Source: Thermoplasmata archaeon
GTDB lineage: Archaea; Thermoplasmatota; Thermoplasmata; UBA10834
Length of the DNA: 64,000 nt
Reading direction: 5' to 3'
Assembly: GCA_041559015.1 (NCBI GenBank)
Contig: JBFFED010000001.1
Location: forward strand, 2,361 to 66,360
Part shown: positions 37,206 to 47,126 of the stretch, one piece after another
How the letters are laid out: every line of letters starts with the position of its first letter
How positions within the stretch are numbered: position 1 is the first letter of the stretch
Notes under the pieces: model-generated
Database searches by the model: none
Seen by the model: only the letters and a program-made list of their open reading frames with translations
Told to the model about the DNA's origin: nothing
Position numbers and translations under genes: made by a program

Positions 37206-38525
37206 GTGGATACAGAGAATCTAGCGCCCCACGTGGAAGAGATCTCACGGGCGCTCGGGGACAAGTTGTCAGAGGAGAAGATAGCAGAGGAGCTGAAGAA
37301 GTACATCGATGTGTACAGGCTCAGCATACCGATGGCGAAGAGGACCATAGTCAAGAAGTACGGCGGGGACGCGAGCGGCTTCGATACCGGCTTCCAGAGG
37401 AAGCTCGCGGATCTGCGGCCGAACGAGCCCGTGGTGGACTTCGTCGCCAAGGTGCTGTCCGCGAACAGGAAGGAGGTCACGGCCAAGGGGGAGAAGAAGG
37501 AGATCATGTTCGGCTTCCTCGGGGATGAGACGGCCACCGTGCCATACACGGCATGGGACCTCGAGGGCCTGGATCTCGGCAAGGGAGAGGTAATCTCCGT
37601 CAAGGGCGCATACACGCGGGAGTACCAGGGCAGGATACAGGTCAACTTCGGGAACAGGGTCTCGATCAAGAAGGAGGACCCGGCCACGATAGGTGACATA
37701 CAGGTCGCCCAGGGGCCCCCGAGGGTGGTCGAGGTCGGAGGCCTCAGGGAGGCCATGGGCTATGTCGAGGTGAAGGGGAGGATTCTCTCCGTCGAGCCCA
37801 AGGAGGTCTCTGTCCAGGGCGAGGCGAAGAAGATCTTCGCGGGCGTCCTCGCGGACACCTCCGGCAAGGTGCAGTTCACCGCCTGGAACGACTTCGGCCT
37901 CAAGGAGGGCGAGGTCGTCAGGATATCCAAGGGCACGGTGAAGGCCTGGAGGGGCATCCCGCAGCTCAGCTTCGACGACCGCGCGGAGGTCACCAAGGTC
38001 AAGGAGAAGTTCCCGAGCGCCGAGGAGCTCCAGAAGACCGGAGTGAGGATGATCGCGGAGATAGCTGCCAGGGGAGGTGCCGCGGACACCTCTGTCAGGG
38101 GCGTGGTGGTCGAGGTGAGGGACGGCTCTGGGCTCATCATGCGCTGCCCAGAGTGCAGGCGCGCCCTCCAGAAGGGCATGTGCAAGCTCCACGGGAGGGT
38201 CGAGGGCTTCCCTGACCTCAGGGTCAAGGCGATACTCGACGATGGGAGCGGCGCGGTCAGCGTGGTCATCGGGCGCGAGCTCACGGAGAAGCTCGCGGAG
38301 ATCACCCTCGACGAGGCGATGCAGCGCGCGAGGGAGAAGATGGACCACGGGGTGGTCTCGGACATGCTCGAGGAGAAGCTCGCACTCAAGAAGCTGACGG
38401 TCGCCGGGTCGATCACAGCGGACCAGTACGGGCTCTCGATGATAGTCAAGGACGCGTCCTTCGCCACTGTCGACGTGAAGCAGGAAGCGGAGAAGCTGCT
38501 CGTCGAGCTGGAGGCCTCGGAATGA
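37206..38525 (+). CDS. rpa: Replication protein A (multiple OB folds plus zinc finger)
   Basis: GDETA..YTAW, ADTSGKVQFTAW, CPEC...CKLHG, DLRVKAILDDGSG. Confidence 0.85.
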   Translation: MDTENLAPHVEEISRALGDKLSEEKIAEELKKYIDVYRLSIPMAKRTIVKKYGGDASGFDTGFQRKLADLRPNEPVVDFVAKVLSANRKEVTAKGEKKEIMFGFLGDETATVPYTAWDLEGLDLGKGEVISVKGAYTREYQGRIQVNFGNRVSIKKEDPATIGDIQVAQGPPRVVEVGGLREAMGYVEVKGRILSVEPKEVSVQGEAKKIFAGVLADTSGKVQFTAWNDFGLKEGEVVRISKGTVKAWRGIPQLSFDDRAEVTKVKEKFPSAEELQKTGVRMIAEIAARGGAADTSVRGVVVEVRDGSGLIMRCPECRRALQKGMCKLHGRVEGFPDLRVKAILDDGSGAVSVVIGRELTEKLAEITLDEAMQRAREKMDHGVVSDMLEEKLALKKLTVAGSITADQYGLSMIVKDASFATVDVKQEAEKLLVELEASE

Positions 38526-39448
38526 ACCAGAGGGAGGTCGCGTGGCGCGTGTTCGCCGAGGAGTTCAACTCATCTGTGCTGGAGCACTCGGGAGAGGGCG
38601 AGAAGCCGGTGTCCTATGTGATCACCCCTCTCGGTGCCAGGATCAACAGGATGCTCGTGGTCGGAGTGGCGACGGACATCGAGGAGGTAGGTGAGGAGGG
38701 GAAGCCGAGGTACAGGGCGAGGATAACGGATCCCACGGGGACCTTCTACGTCTCCGCGGGGGAGTACCAGCCCGAGGCGGCCATGGCCCTCTCCAAGATG
38801 GCCCCGCCTGCGTTCGCGGCCGTCGTCGGCAAGAGCAGGGCTTACGAGCCCGAGCCGGGCGTGAAGTATCTCAGCATCAGGCCCGAGAAGATACTCGAGG
38901 TCGACGCTGAAGCCAGGGACTATTGGGTGCTCGAGACCGCAAGGAGCACGCTCGCCCGGATAGACGCGGTCGGGGATGGCCTGAAGATGGCCCAGCCGAC
39001 CGTGGGCGAGCTGACTAGGCTCGGCCATCCGGAGAACCTCGCGGACGGGGTCGTGAGGGCGATCGAATTCTACAAGGACATCGACCTGGACAGGTTCAGG
39101 AACACCGTCATCGACGCGCTCAGATCCGTCCTGCCGGAGAGCGGGGACCGGGCGCGGCCCGAGCCGAGGCCTGCCCCCGCGAGGAAGCCCGCGCAAGAGC
39201 CGGAGGGACGGGCCGAGACCAAGGAGGAGGAGATGCACGAGGTTGAGGTCGACTCGGACGAGGGCGAGACCGTGCTGAAGATCATCGAGTCCCTCGACTC
39301 AGGCTCCAGGGGCGCCAAGTGGGACTCCATAATCGAGGCGGCCGCCAAGAAGAAGATAGACAAGGTCAGACTCGAGGAAATCGTGGCCGACCTTCTGGAC
39401 AAGGGCGAGATCTACGAGCCCGAGCTCGGCATGATGAAGAGGATATAG
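38522..39448 (+). CDS. RPA-associated protein (OB fold plus C-terminal wHTH)
   Basis: REVAWRVFA.E, TPLGARINR, DPTGTF...AG.YQPEA, C-terminal LLDKGEIYEP; overlaps the rpa stop. Confidence 0.85.
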   Translation: MNQREVAWRVFAEEFNSSVLEHSGEGEKPVSYVITPLGARINRMLVVGVATDIEEVGEEGKPRYRARITDPTGTFYVSAGEYQPEAAMALSKMAPPAFAAVVGKSRAYEPEPGVKYLSIRPEKILEVDAEARDYWVLETARSTLARIDAVGDGLKMAQPTVGELTRLGHPENLADGVVRAIEFYKDIDLDRFRNTVIDALRSVLPESGDRARPEPRPAPARKPAQEPEGRAETKEEEMHEVEVDSDEGETVLKIIESLDSGSRGAKWDSIIEAAAKKKIDKVRLEEIVADLLDKGEIYEPELGMMKRI

Positions 39449-39483
39449 CGGCGCCTCGCGCAGCTGACGACGGGATCTTTCAC

Positions 39484-39849
39484 CTAACTAGTGAACTCAT
39501 CCTTGGACACGACCACGAGTATCAGGCCGATGAGACCGATTATGCTAGGGACAGACAGTATGCCCCCTACTAAGGCAATCGCGAAGTGAGTCCTCTGGAT
39601 TGCGAAGATGCCTCCGAGAATGGCGAGCGCGCCCAAGGCGATGGTCACGATACACCAGAATGTCGCAATCAGCAAGATCACGCCGCCAATGAGGATCAGC
39701 ACTCCACCGGCCACCGGCATGGAGGATGGTTGCTTCTTGGCCAGCGGTCCTGCCATCGTCACACGGTAGTCGTGGCCACAATACGGACAAACGTTGGCGT
39801 CAAAGGCTATCGGTCTACCGCACGAAACGCAGCTCCTGTTCCCTGACAT
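39484..39849 (-). CDS. Zinc-ribbon membrane protein, paralog 1
   Basis: CVSCGRPIAFDANVCPYCGHDYR followed by TM helices, ending VSKDEF. Confidence 0.75.
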   Translation of the reverse strand: MSGNRSCVSCGRPIAFDANVCPYCGHDYRVTMAGPLAKKQPSSMPVAGGVLILIGGVILLIATFWCIVTIALGALAILGGIFAIQRTHFAIALVGGILSVPSIIGLIGLILVVVSKDEFTS

Positions 39850-40023
39850 GTCTTGAGACTGCACTAGCATCACCTTCGTCCACTGATGGGCCTGCAAGGG
39901 TGTTCTGGCCCGTCGGAAGGTGTATACCCCTAACGTCTAGAAATGCTTGGCGCTGAAAACGACGAGAACTCTAAAAGGGGAAGTAAGTGGTTTGAGCTCG
40001 ATCGTCTGAGAGCACCTGCGCGC

Positions 40024-40506
40024 TCAGTCGAAGTCCTTCTTCGAGACGGCGACCAGTATGAGGCCGACCAACGCGAGCAGGCTTCCGATCATCCACGGGC
40101 CTATCACGAACAGCCCCAGGACGCCGCCGAGTATGGCTATGCCCCAGTGCTTGCGCATGACACCAAAGAGCCCGCCCAACACCGCGATCAGGCCAAGCAC
40201 GATGAATATGACGCCGCAAACGTCCATTATGTCGTTGATCATGTCGCCCACGCCTGCGACATCGACTCCCCACTGATCCAGGTCATCGACATCAATGGCG
40301 ATCAAGATGCCCCCCATGGCCAGGCCCATGAGCCCGGCAACGAGTATCAATATCCCTCCGACGATGGACAGCATGCCCTTTTCCTTGGGTGCAGGAGGTC
40401 CTGCCTGAACCCTGTAGTCATGCCCGCAATACTGGCACACATTCGCGTCCATCGGTATCTCGCGACCGCATGAGACGCACTTTCTAGATCCACCTTCTGA
40501 TCCCAT
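40024..40506 (-). CDS. Zinc-ribbon membrane protein, paralog 2
   Basis: CVSCGREIPMDANVCQYCGHDYR, TM helices, ending VSKKDF; SD GGAGG. Confidence 0.78.
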   Translation of the reverse strand: MGSEGGSRKCVSCGREIPMDANVCQYCGHDYRVQAGPPAPKEKGMLSIVGGILILVAGLMGLAMGGILIAIDVDDLDQWGVDVAGVGDMINDIMDVCGVIFIVLGLIAVLGGLFGVMRKHWGIAILGGVLGLFVIGPWMIGSLLALVGLILVAVSKKDFD

Positions 40507-40669
40507 CCCTGAACCTCCTTCTATACCAGCAGTACCTGTACTGCCTCCGACCATGAATGTGCCAGGATAATAAATGAATCTTTCTATTAATTTCGACATA
40601 TCCATGCTGGCGGTGCGAATCAAGGCGATAGCGATGCCTTGGGACGGAGCGCTTGCCAGGCGAGCGGAG

Positions 40670-41272
40670 CTATCCGAACTCCTTTCTCGACACTGCAAGC
40701 AAGATCAGTCCGGCCAGCGCGAGAACTGACCCCACCAAGAAGCCTATCCCAAGCAGGCCGAAAATGCCGCCAGCGATTGCGAGCCCGAAGTGCTTTCGTC
40801 GAATGCCGAAAATGCCCCCAATGATGGCGACTATCGCGAATACGAGCAGAACCACCCCACACATTGTGAGCATCCCCGCAAGGTCCTCGGCCGTGTACTC
40901 TGCGGGTAGGGCCACGCCTAGATCCTCAATATCGGAGGCGTCGAAAGTCATGTACATCGCCCCCATCACGATGGCCAGCACGCCCGCGATTATCACCAGG
41001 GCGCCACCCACTGCTGGCTTCCAGGTCTTCTGGGTCTGGGCGGACATCCCGAGCGGGATCCTGTAGTCATGCCCGCAATACGGGCATACACTCGCGTCGA
41101 ACTGGATCGGCCTCCCACAGGCGACGCAGTTCCTCGAGCCATACCCTGGATAGGTCGATGACGTCGGTTCGGTCCCTGGGCTGCTGACACCGAATTCCTT
41201 GCCACAGAAGGAGCACGATGTGGATCCGTCCTTGACCAGGCTCTCACAGTACGGGCATTTCCTCAATCTCAT
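40670..41272 (-). CDS. Double zinc-ribbon membrane protein, paralog 3
   Basis: CPYC..CSFC plus CVACGRPIQFDASVCPYCGHDYR, TM helices, ending VSRKEF. Confidence 0.78.
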   Translation of the reverse strand: MRLRKCPYCESLVKDGSTSCSFCGKEFGVSSPGTEPTSSTYPGYGSRNCVACGRPIQFDASVCPYCGHDYRIPLGMSAQTQKTWKPAVGGALVIIAGVLAIVMGAMYMTFDASDIEDLGVALPAEYTAEDLAGMLTMCGVVLLVFAIVAIIGGIFGIRRKHFGLAIAGGIFGLLGIGFLVGSVLALAGLILLAVSRKEFG

Positions 41273-41299
41273 CCCCGTCCTTTGAACGTGCCCAAGACA

Positions 41300-41857
41300 T
41301 TAAATCGTTTCGTCGGGAGGCGTTGGCGCGGCCTTCCTTCGATCTTCTTGGACTGCGAATGCGAACTGCGCAATCAGTATCGAGAAGGTTATGCCTGCGA
41401 TTATGCCTGTGGCCAGCCTCAACGGGTTGTTCGACTCGTACGAGGTTACCAGTTGCAGCCCCCCGTCGATGCCTATCGGCACCAAACCGACCAGGACCAG
41501 GATAGGATTCACAACCAGGCGCCTGAAAGACAGCACGGCTAACCCTATCGGGAAGCCTGCGAACAGTCCCACGTCCCTTGCGCAGAACGGCATCTGGTTG
41601 CCGTTCAGGAAGAAGCTTCTGTTGGCGATTTGATGGCACTGCGCATCGCCCAGCCAGTAAACCGCATGAGGGACCAGGGACAGGCCCGAGAACTCGTCCT
41701 CGTTCTCGTGCCCTCCCACGACACCCGACAGGTCCTGCAATGTGTCCGCGGAGACCATCAGCGGTGCTGTGAGGACCAACAGGAACCACACGAGGGACGC
41801 GGAGAAGAGAGTGAACAGGACCTTCGACGTTATGCGAGGCAGTCTCATCGAGACCAT
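41300..41857 (-). CDS. DUF2085-like membrane protein
   Basis: CHQ..NRSF..NG.QMPFCARD.G, DGG.Q...YESNN.LR..TG. Confidence 0.75.
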   Translation of the reverse strand: MVSMRLPRITSKVLFTLFSASLVWFLLVLTAPLMVSADTLQDLSGVVGGHENEDEFSGLSLVPHAVYWLGDAQCHQIANRSFFLNGNQMPFCARDVGLFAGFPIGLAVLSFRRLVVNPILVLVGLVPIGIDGGLQLVTSYESNNPLRLATGIIAGITFSILIAQFAFAVQEDRRKAAPTPPDETI

Positions 41858-41872
41858 GAAGGGAATGCCACC

Positions 41873-42694
41873 TTAATCTCGCTTCTCTATCGCAACCGAC
41901 GCGTACCCGACCACTTCCCGCATCGGCTGGACGTCGCCAGATGAGGCGTACTTCAGTACGCTCGGCCTTCCGCCTGAGCAGGCTACCAGAGTGGCCATCA
42001 CGGGGCCGTAGCCGCACATCGATATGCCCTCGTCCTGGACCACCTCGAAGAGCTTCTTTGGGTCCATAGACTTGATCGCCTCCAGGGCCATGCCGTCCTT
42101 GGTCTTCGCAAGGTCCTTTGGTACATAGTGAGAGAAGTCCGTGGAGGCTATCACGATTGCGTCCCTCCCGCTGATGGCCTCCTTGATGATCTTGCCGACG
42201 GAAGTCGCAGCCTCGTAATCCTGGAAGCCCATGCATATTGGGACGAACGTGAAGTCCGTCGACAGATACTGCAAGAACGGAAGCTGCACCTCGATTGAGT
42301 GTTCCGCCCTGTGCGCCTCGGAGTCCTCGTCCACGAGGTCCTTCCTCAGGGCCTTCGCGAGCGCGCGGTCCACCTTCGCCACCCCCATCGGGGTCTTGAA
42401 ATCCTCTGTCGTGACCGCGAGGCCCGATCCCCTGCCGGTGTGGTTCGGGCCGAGAATCACGAACGTCTTGGGCACGCCGTCCTCAGCTATCCTGGCATAG
42501 AGGTGCGCGGCGACCTGCCCAGAGTAAATGTACCCCGCATGCGGGGCTATGCCCCCCATGACCGCCCGTCTACCTCTTCCCATCTCAGGCAGCCTCCCTG
42601 GACCGAGCGGCCCGAGGAAACACTGCTCGATCTGCTTGCGCAACTGCCTCTCGTCGTCAGCATAGAACATACCCGCAACAGAAGGGGTCCTCAT
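41873..42694 (-). CDS. MEMO1/AmmeMemoRadiSam protein B family
   Basis: PSVAGMFY, PHAGYIYSG, GPNHTG, EHSIEVQLPFLQ, ASTDFSHY, MCGYGP, VVGY. Confidence 0.9.
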   Translation of the reverse strand: MRTPSVAGMFYADDERQLRKQIEQCFLGPLGPGRLPEMGRGRRAVMGGIAPHAGYIYSGQVAAHLYARIAEDGVPKTFVILGPNHTGRGSGLAVTTEDFKTPMGVAKVDRALAKALRKDLVDEDSEAHRAEHSIEVQLPFLQYLSTDFTFVPICMGFQDYEAATSVGKIIKEAISGRDAIVIASTDFSHYVPKDLAKTKDGMALEAIKSMDPKKLFEVVQDEGISMCGYGPVMATLVACSGGRPSVLKYASSGDVQPMREVVGYASVAIEKRD

Positions 42695-42783
42695 TTCCTG
42701 CCTCCGCACCCGTGCTAGTATCATGGCATCATCAGGCCAAAGCACTTTCGCAGGAAGAGGTTAGGGCCGGACAAGTCTTTCAT

Positions 42784-43419
42784 CTAAAGGGATGCCTCGA
42801 ACTCCTCGACGGTCATCTTGAAGGCCTCGTCGCTCGCGATTCCCCCGCGGGACTTCACGACCTCTCTCGTGAGGAGCCAGTAAATGGTCGCCAGGGCGCG
42901 CCTGCCCTTGTTGTTGGACGGTATGACCAGGTCGACGTACTTCGTCTCGTTGTTCGCGTCGCATATGCCTACGATCGGAATGCCCACGTTGAGCGCCTCC
43001 CTAAGGGCCTGCTCATCGGCCGCAGGATCGGTCACGAAGAGCACCTCTGGCTCGGCGAAATTAGGCAGTATCGGGTTGGTCAGGGACCCAGGAACGAACC
43101 GACCCGCGATCACGCTCCCACCAATGGTCTTCGCGAAGACCTTGGCTGGCTTCTGACCGTACTGCCTCGCGGATACTATGAGCACCCGGGACGGCTCGAA
43201 CATGGACAGGAACTTCGCGGCTATCCTGATCCTCTCATCGGTCTTCTTGACATCGAGGACATAGAGGCCATCCGTCCTGACCTTGAATATGAACTCCTTC
43301 ATGTCGGCGCTCTTCTGCTGAGTGCCGATGTGCACCCCGGACGTGAGGTACACGTCCTCGGGTATCAGCAGCGGGGTGCCGGTCTGTATCTGCGGCTGTG
43401 TCTCCGTTACCTCATCCAT
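42784..43419 (-). CDS. rps2: 30S ribosomal protein uS2 (archaeal type)
   Basis: [35 protein letters not shown]. Confidence 0.96.
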   Translation of the reverse strand: MDEVTETQPQIQTGTPLLIPEDVYLTSGVHIGTQQKSADMKEFIFKVRTDGLYVLDVKKTDERIRIAAKFLSMFEPSRVLIVSARQYGQKPAKVFAKTIGGSVIAGRFVPGSLTNPILPNFAEPEVLFVTDPAADEQALREALNVGIPIVGICDANNETKYVDLVIPSNNKGRRALATIYWLLTREVVKSRGGIASDEAFKMTVEEFEASL

Positions 43420-43428
43420 CTGTATTCC

Positions 43429-43599
43429 TCAGTCCCTCTTGACCGTCATCGGTATGACGCTCTTCTCGTACTCCATGATGGAGATCTCTATCGGGTCTAT
43501 GGTATCCCCGGGGAGATCGAGCAGCACGGGCGCTCCGAGGCTTATCTGTAGAGCCCTCGCACCTATGATTCTGGCCCGCTCGAACCTAGTATATCTCAA
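43429..43599 (-). CDS. rpoK: DNA-directed RNA polymerase subunit K (Rpo6)
   Basis: [22 protein letters not shown]...IPMTVKR; TTG start after GAGGT. Confidence 0.93.
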   Translation of the reverse strand: MRYTRFERARIIGARALQISLGAPVLLDLPGDTIDPIEISIMEYEKSVIPMTVKRD

Positions 43600-43964
43600 G
43601 CTCTTAACCTCGCAGTGGAGGTATCCCCTAAAATGTGGCCCCTTTATATACGTTTGGGGTATGCCGATTTCCGAGCCATACGGATTCTGCGTGTGCTCAG
43701 TGCTTTGAGGCATCAACTTGTGGGTCACTAGTCCCCCGAGCGAGAAGAACCGAGATGGCGGGCTCGATGTCTCGTTTCCACGTCACGCTCCTGGCGCCCA
43801 GTGATATCTGCACGATGCCCGCCGTTTGCTGTCTAATGGCCGAATCTCATCCGTTAATCGTATCCACATGTTCGGAATCGGCGGCGAAACGCCCGGGATT
43901 CGACGGTATTTCCACAATCGATTTATCAAGCATGTGCTTACCGAGATACATAGAGGGAGTCATT

Positions 43965-45308
43965 ATGGCGAATGTCCCGAACATCAAGGTGGAGCCTCCA
44001 GGCCCGGAGGCACAGAAGGTCGTCTCCAAGGACGCAGAGTACATCGTGAAGGCGACGAAGAGCGCCCCGCTCGTGTTCAAGAAGGCCGAGGGAGCGGTCA
44101 TCGAGGACGTCGATGGCAACACGTACATCGACTTCTACGCAGGCGTGGGAGTGCTGAACGTCGGCGCGAGGCACCCGAAGGTAGTGAAGGCGATCCACGA
44201 CCAGGTGGAGAAGTACACCCATGTCGCAGGTACGGACTTCTACTGTGGGCTGCAGTCGAAGCTGGCGGAGAGGCTGGCGAAGAGCGCCCCCGGCAGTAAC
44301 AAGAAAATGGTCTTCTTCTCGAACACGGGCGCGGAATCGGTCGAGAGCGCGATCAAAATCGCGAAGCGCGGCACGGGCAAGTCGATACTGATGGACTTCC
44401 TCGGCGCGTTCCACGGGAGGACGACAGGAGCGATGTCCCTCACCGCGTCCAAGTGGGTGCAGAGGGAAGGATACACGGCGACGCTGATGCCAGGAGTATA
44501 TCACGTCCCGTACGCGTACTGCTACAGGTGCATCTACAACCTGAAGTACCCCGAGTGCGACATGTACTGCGCACGCGTCATAGAGGATGTGTACTTCGAG
44601 AACCAGATACCTCCGAACGACCTCGCCGCAATAAGCATGGAGGTCATCCAGGGCGAGGGGGGCTACGTCGTTCCCCCGAAGGAGTTCGTGAAGATGGTCT
44701 TCGACCTCACGAGAAAGCACAAGTGCCTGTTCATAGACGACGAGGTCCAGTCCGGTATGGGCAGGACCGGTAAGATGTGGGCGTGCGAGCACTTCGACAT
44801 TGTGCCTGACATAATATGCAGCGCCAAGTCGCTCGGCGGCGGGTTGCCGATCGCCGCCACGATCGTCGACGCGAAGCTTGACTTCGACAGGTATGGAAGG
44901 CACTCGAACACCTTCGGAGGCGCGTCGCTGTCACATGCGTCCGCGCTTGCCACACTCGACGTGATCGAGGAGGAGAAGCTCCTGGACCGCGCGGCCAAGG
45001 TCGGCAAGGAGACCAAGAAGCGCCTCGAGGAGATGCAACAGAAGTACGAAATCATCGGGGACACGCGCGGCGTGGGAATGATGCTCGCGCACGAGTTCGT
45101 CCAGGACAGGAAGAGCAAGAAGCACGCGTCCAAGAGCAGGGACATGATAACCGACATGGCCTTCAAGAAGGGCTTGATGCTCCTTCCATGCGGAAGGTCG
45201 GTCATCAGATACATCCCGCCCCTGAACATACCGCAGGAGCAGCTGGACACTGGCCTCGAAGTGCTCGAGGACTGCATAAAGCACGTCGACAAGAACCGAG
45301 CGGACTAA
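43965..45308 (+). CDS. PLP-dependent class III aminotransferase (GabT/ArgD-like)
   Basis: DVDGNTYIDF, FHGRT, E.IQGEGGY, DEVQSGMGRTG, AKSLGGG; SD GAGGGAG. Confidence 0.9.
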   Translation: MANVPNIKVEPPGPEAQKVVSKDAEYIVKATKSAPLVFKKAEGAVIEDVDGNTYIDFYAGVGVLNVGARHPKVVKAIHDQVEKYTHVAGTDFYCGLQSKLAERLAKSAPGSNKKMVFFSNTGAESVESAIKIAKRGTGKSILMDFLGAFHGRTTGAMSLTASKWVQREGYTATLMPGVYHVPYAYCYRCIYNLKYPECDMYCARVIEDVYFENQIPPNDLAAISMEVIQGEGGYVVPPKEFVKMVFDLTRKHKCLFIDDEVQSGMGRTGKMWACEHFDIVPDIICSAKSLGGGLPIAATIVDAKLDFDRYGRHSNTFGGASLSHASALATLDVIEEEKLLDRAAKVGKETKKRLEEMQQKYEIIGDTRGVGMMLAHEFVQDRKSKKHASKSRDMITDMAFKKGLMLLPCGRSVIRYIPPLNIPQEQLDTGLEVLEDCIKHVDKNRAD

Positions 45309-45333
45309 GCGACTGGTTCAGTGCAAACCCCAA

Positions 45334-45360
45334 AGGACCCCGCACAATCTGCGGGGTCCT
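45334..45360. terminator. Perfect 11-bp hairpin after the aminotransferase
   Basis: aggaccccgca-caatc-tgcggggtcct followed by ttttctt. Confidence 0.5.
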
Positions 45361-45517
45361 GAGCGACATTTTCTTGGTTCATAGCCACGAGCTGTGGGGC
45401 CTGCCAGGTGATTACGAAGGGCGGATAGCACGGAATCCGGCCAGTGGCCCGACCGGCCCACCACCGCTCCCTTTTTCTTGTCCGCACACGCTACGGTCCT
45501 GCACAGGGTGATCAAAT

Positions 45518-45769
45518 ATGCCGGACCAGCACAACCCGGCCTACCACGACCTGGCAATAGCGACCATGTACAGGCTGGATCCCGAGAAGCTGGCCGCTAT
45601 CAGACGCGCTATCTCTGGGTTGACGAGATGCCCTCGGTGTGACGCGGTCAACAGAGCCGACCAGCCAAGATGCGACAGGTGCGGAGCCAAGCTCTACCCT
45701 GAGGTCCCAGACACTGACGAGGAGAAGGCCCTCAGAAATGGCCAGGGAAAGCGAAGAGACGATAAATGA
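45518..45769 (+). CDS. Small zinc-ribbon protein
   Basis: CPRC...N......CDRCGAKL; SD GGGTGA. Confidence 0.6.
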   Translation: MPDQHNPAYHDLAIATMYRLDPEKLAAIRRAISGLTRCPRCDAVNRADQPRCDRCGAKLYPEVPDTDEEKALRNGQGKRRDDK

Positions 45770-45844
45770 ACTGAAACAGGCACGATAGCTGCCGGACCGG
45801 AAAGAAGAAGGGATAAGGGGTGCGGGGTTGGAACCCCGTCGCGC

Positions 45845-46051
45845 TCACATTCCAGTCCTGTTCTGTTGTGAAAGACCTGGGAACAAATCGTCATCGAACG
45901 GATTGTTGTTGTTCTCGTCGTAGTATCCTGGATCTTCGCCGTGCGTGTGCTGAACCTGGTCACCACTCGCGGAGACACCTTCCCCCAACGCGACCACCGC
46001 GGTCACTGCCAGCAGACACCCTAGGAACAGGGCCAAGATTTTCGTCTTCAT
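45845..46051 (-). CDS. Small secreted acidic peptide (68 aa)
   Basis: MKTKILALFLGCLLAVTAVVALGEGVSA signal peptide; TTATAA box about 25 nt upstream. Confidence 0.55.
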   Translation of the reverse strand: MKTKILALFLGCLLAVTAVVALGEGVSASGDQVQHTHGEDPGYYDENNNNPFDDDLFPGLSQQNRTGM

Positions 46052-46208
46052 GCTCCCACAGATTTCCAGAACGTTATAAGGCGGTTCTCGAGCAGTTATC
46101 ACCAGGCGTACGAACCCACTCTCAAATATTGCCTGGGTACACCTGAGCCCTCCTCAGGAGGTTATAAACCGGTCTATAAGGCGGGCTGCGGCGCACCGGG
46201 CGAAGCGC

Positions 46209-46709
46209 CTACTCTAGGATCGGGAAGCGCTTGACCAGCCATGTCCTGGACCACCATTCCCCGAGGCCGAGCCACCTTCCAGGTCGGACGAATATCATTC
46301 CGACAAAGAGAATGGCGTACACTATGTGGTCGTCAGTGACGGGATTGTTCTGGGGCGGGATGTGCGTCGACCAGAGCAGGAGCATCAGCATCGCACCAGC
46401 GATGCCGGATATCCTCGTGCCGACACCGAGAATCATGGCAACTCCGATTGACAACAGCGCCAGCATGAACAGAGAATCCACGACTCCGTTGCCAGCCAGA
46501 TCCTGATATATCTCGCTGAGCGGCCCACTCACCGCGAACTGCAGATATCCGGATGTCGGGGAGCCTCCGTTTATCCATGCTCTATCCGAGGATGTTGCGT
46601 ATCCCAAACCGAGCAGCTTGTCCAGGAAGGCCCACAACAAGGTCCAACCTAATACAATCCTCAGTCCGACCCACGCGTACTGCTCCTTGGTCAACTTGAG
46701 CGACTTCAT
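46209..46709 (-). CDS. DoxX/TQO small-subunit family membrane protein
   Basis: LRIVLGW..LWAFLDK..G, W..GGSPT.GYL, NPVTDDHIVY. Confidence 0.8.
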   Translation of the reverse strand: MKSLKLTKEQYAWVGLRIVLGWTLLWAFLDKLLGLGYATSSDRAWINGGSPTSGYLQFAVSGPLSEIYQDLAGNGVVDSLFMLALLSIGVAMILGVGTRISGIAGAMLMLLLWSTHIPPQNNPVTDDHIVYAILFVGMIFVRPGRWLGLGEWWSRTWLVKRFPILE

Positions 46710-47126
46710 GTCTGGCCACCGCCTTCATAACGGCGTTAACTACCAGGGCGGGGGGCCATATCAAGTTATCGACGTCCTCAGAGTCATGTTCTTCGGGGTG
46801 CTGCTCTGAGAAGAGTGGCACTCCGGGAATGGCCCATCCCCAGACTCTCCGACAGGATCCGTGCAAGGCAATCGTTCGTCGCCTGAGCGACTGATTGTCA
46901 CTCGGCACTTCCGCACTTGTCTGGAACGGAGCGACGATGAACCCGCAGGCCGAGAACCCATGATTGGAAAGGGACTTCTACTATCGAGACCATCAGGTTC
47001 TCGGAGGATAAGGTGGACAGGAAGTCTGGCGCATGCAGAGGCGGCTGCAGAGGCGACATCCCCAGAAACGGCCTGAGCGCCCACTGTAGGCCGGAAATCG
47101 ACAGGCACGAAGCGGACAGGAGAGGC

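Noticed and set aside
43600..43964. 365-bp gap between rpoK and the aminotransferase as a possible ncRNA or tRNA site
   Set aside because: No cloverleaf or recognisable RNA motif; explained by two divergent promoters
45425..45480. Sequence vaguely like a tRNA 3' end (gaatccgg...ggcccacca) as a possible att site
   Set aside because: Does not match the tRNA-Arg or tRNA-Val 3' ends and is on the wrong strand for a tRNA-Arg direct repeat
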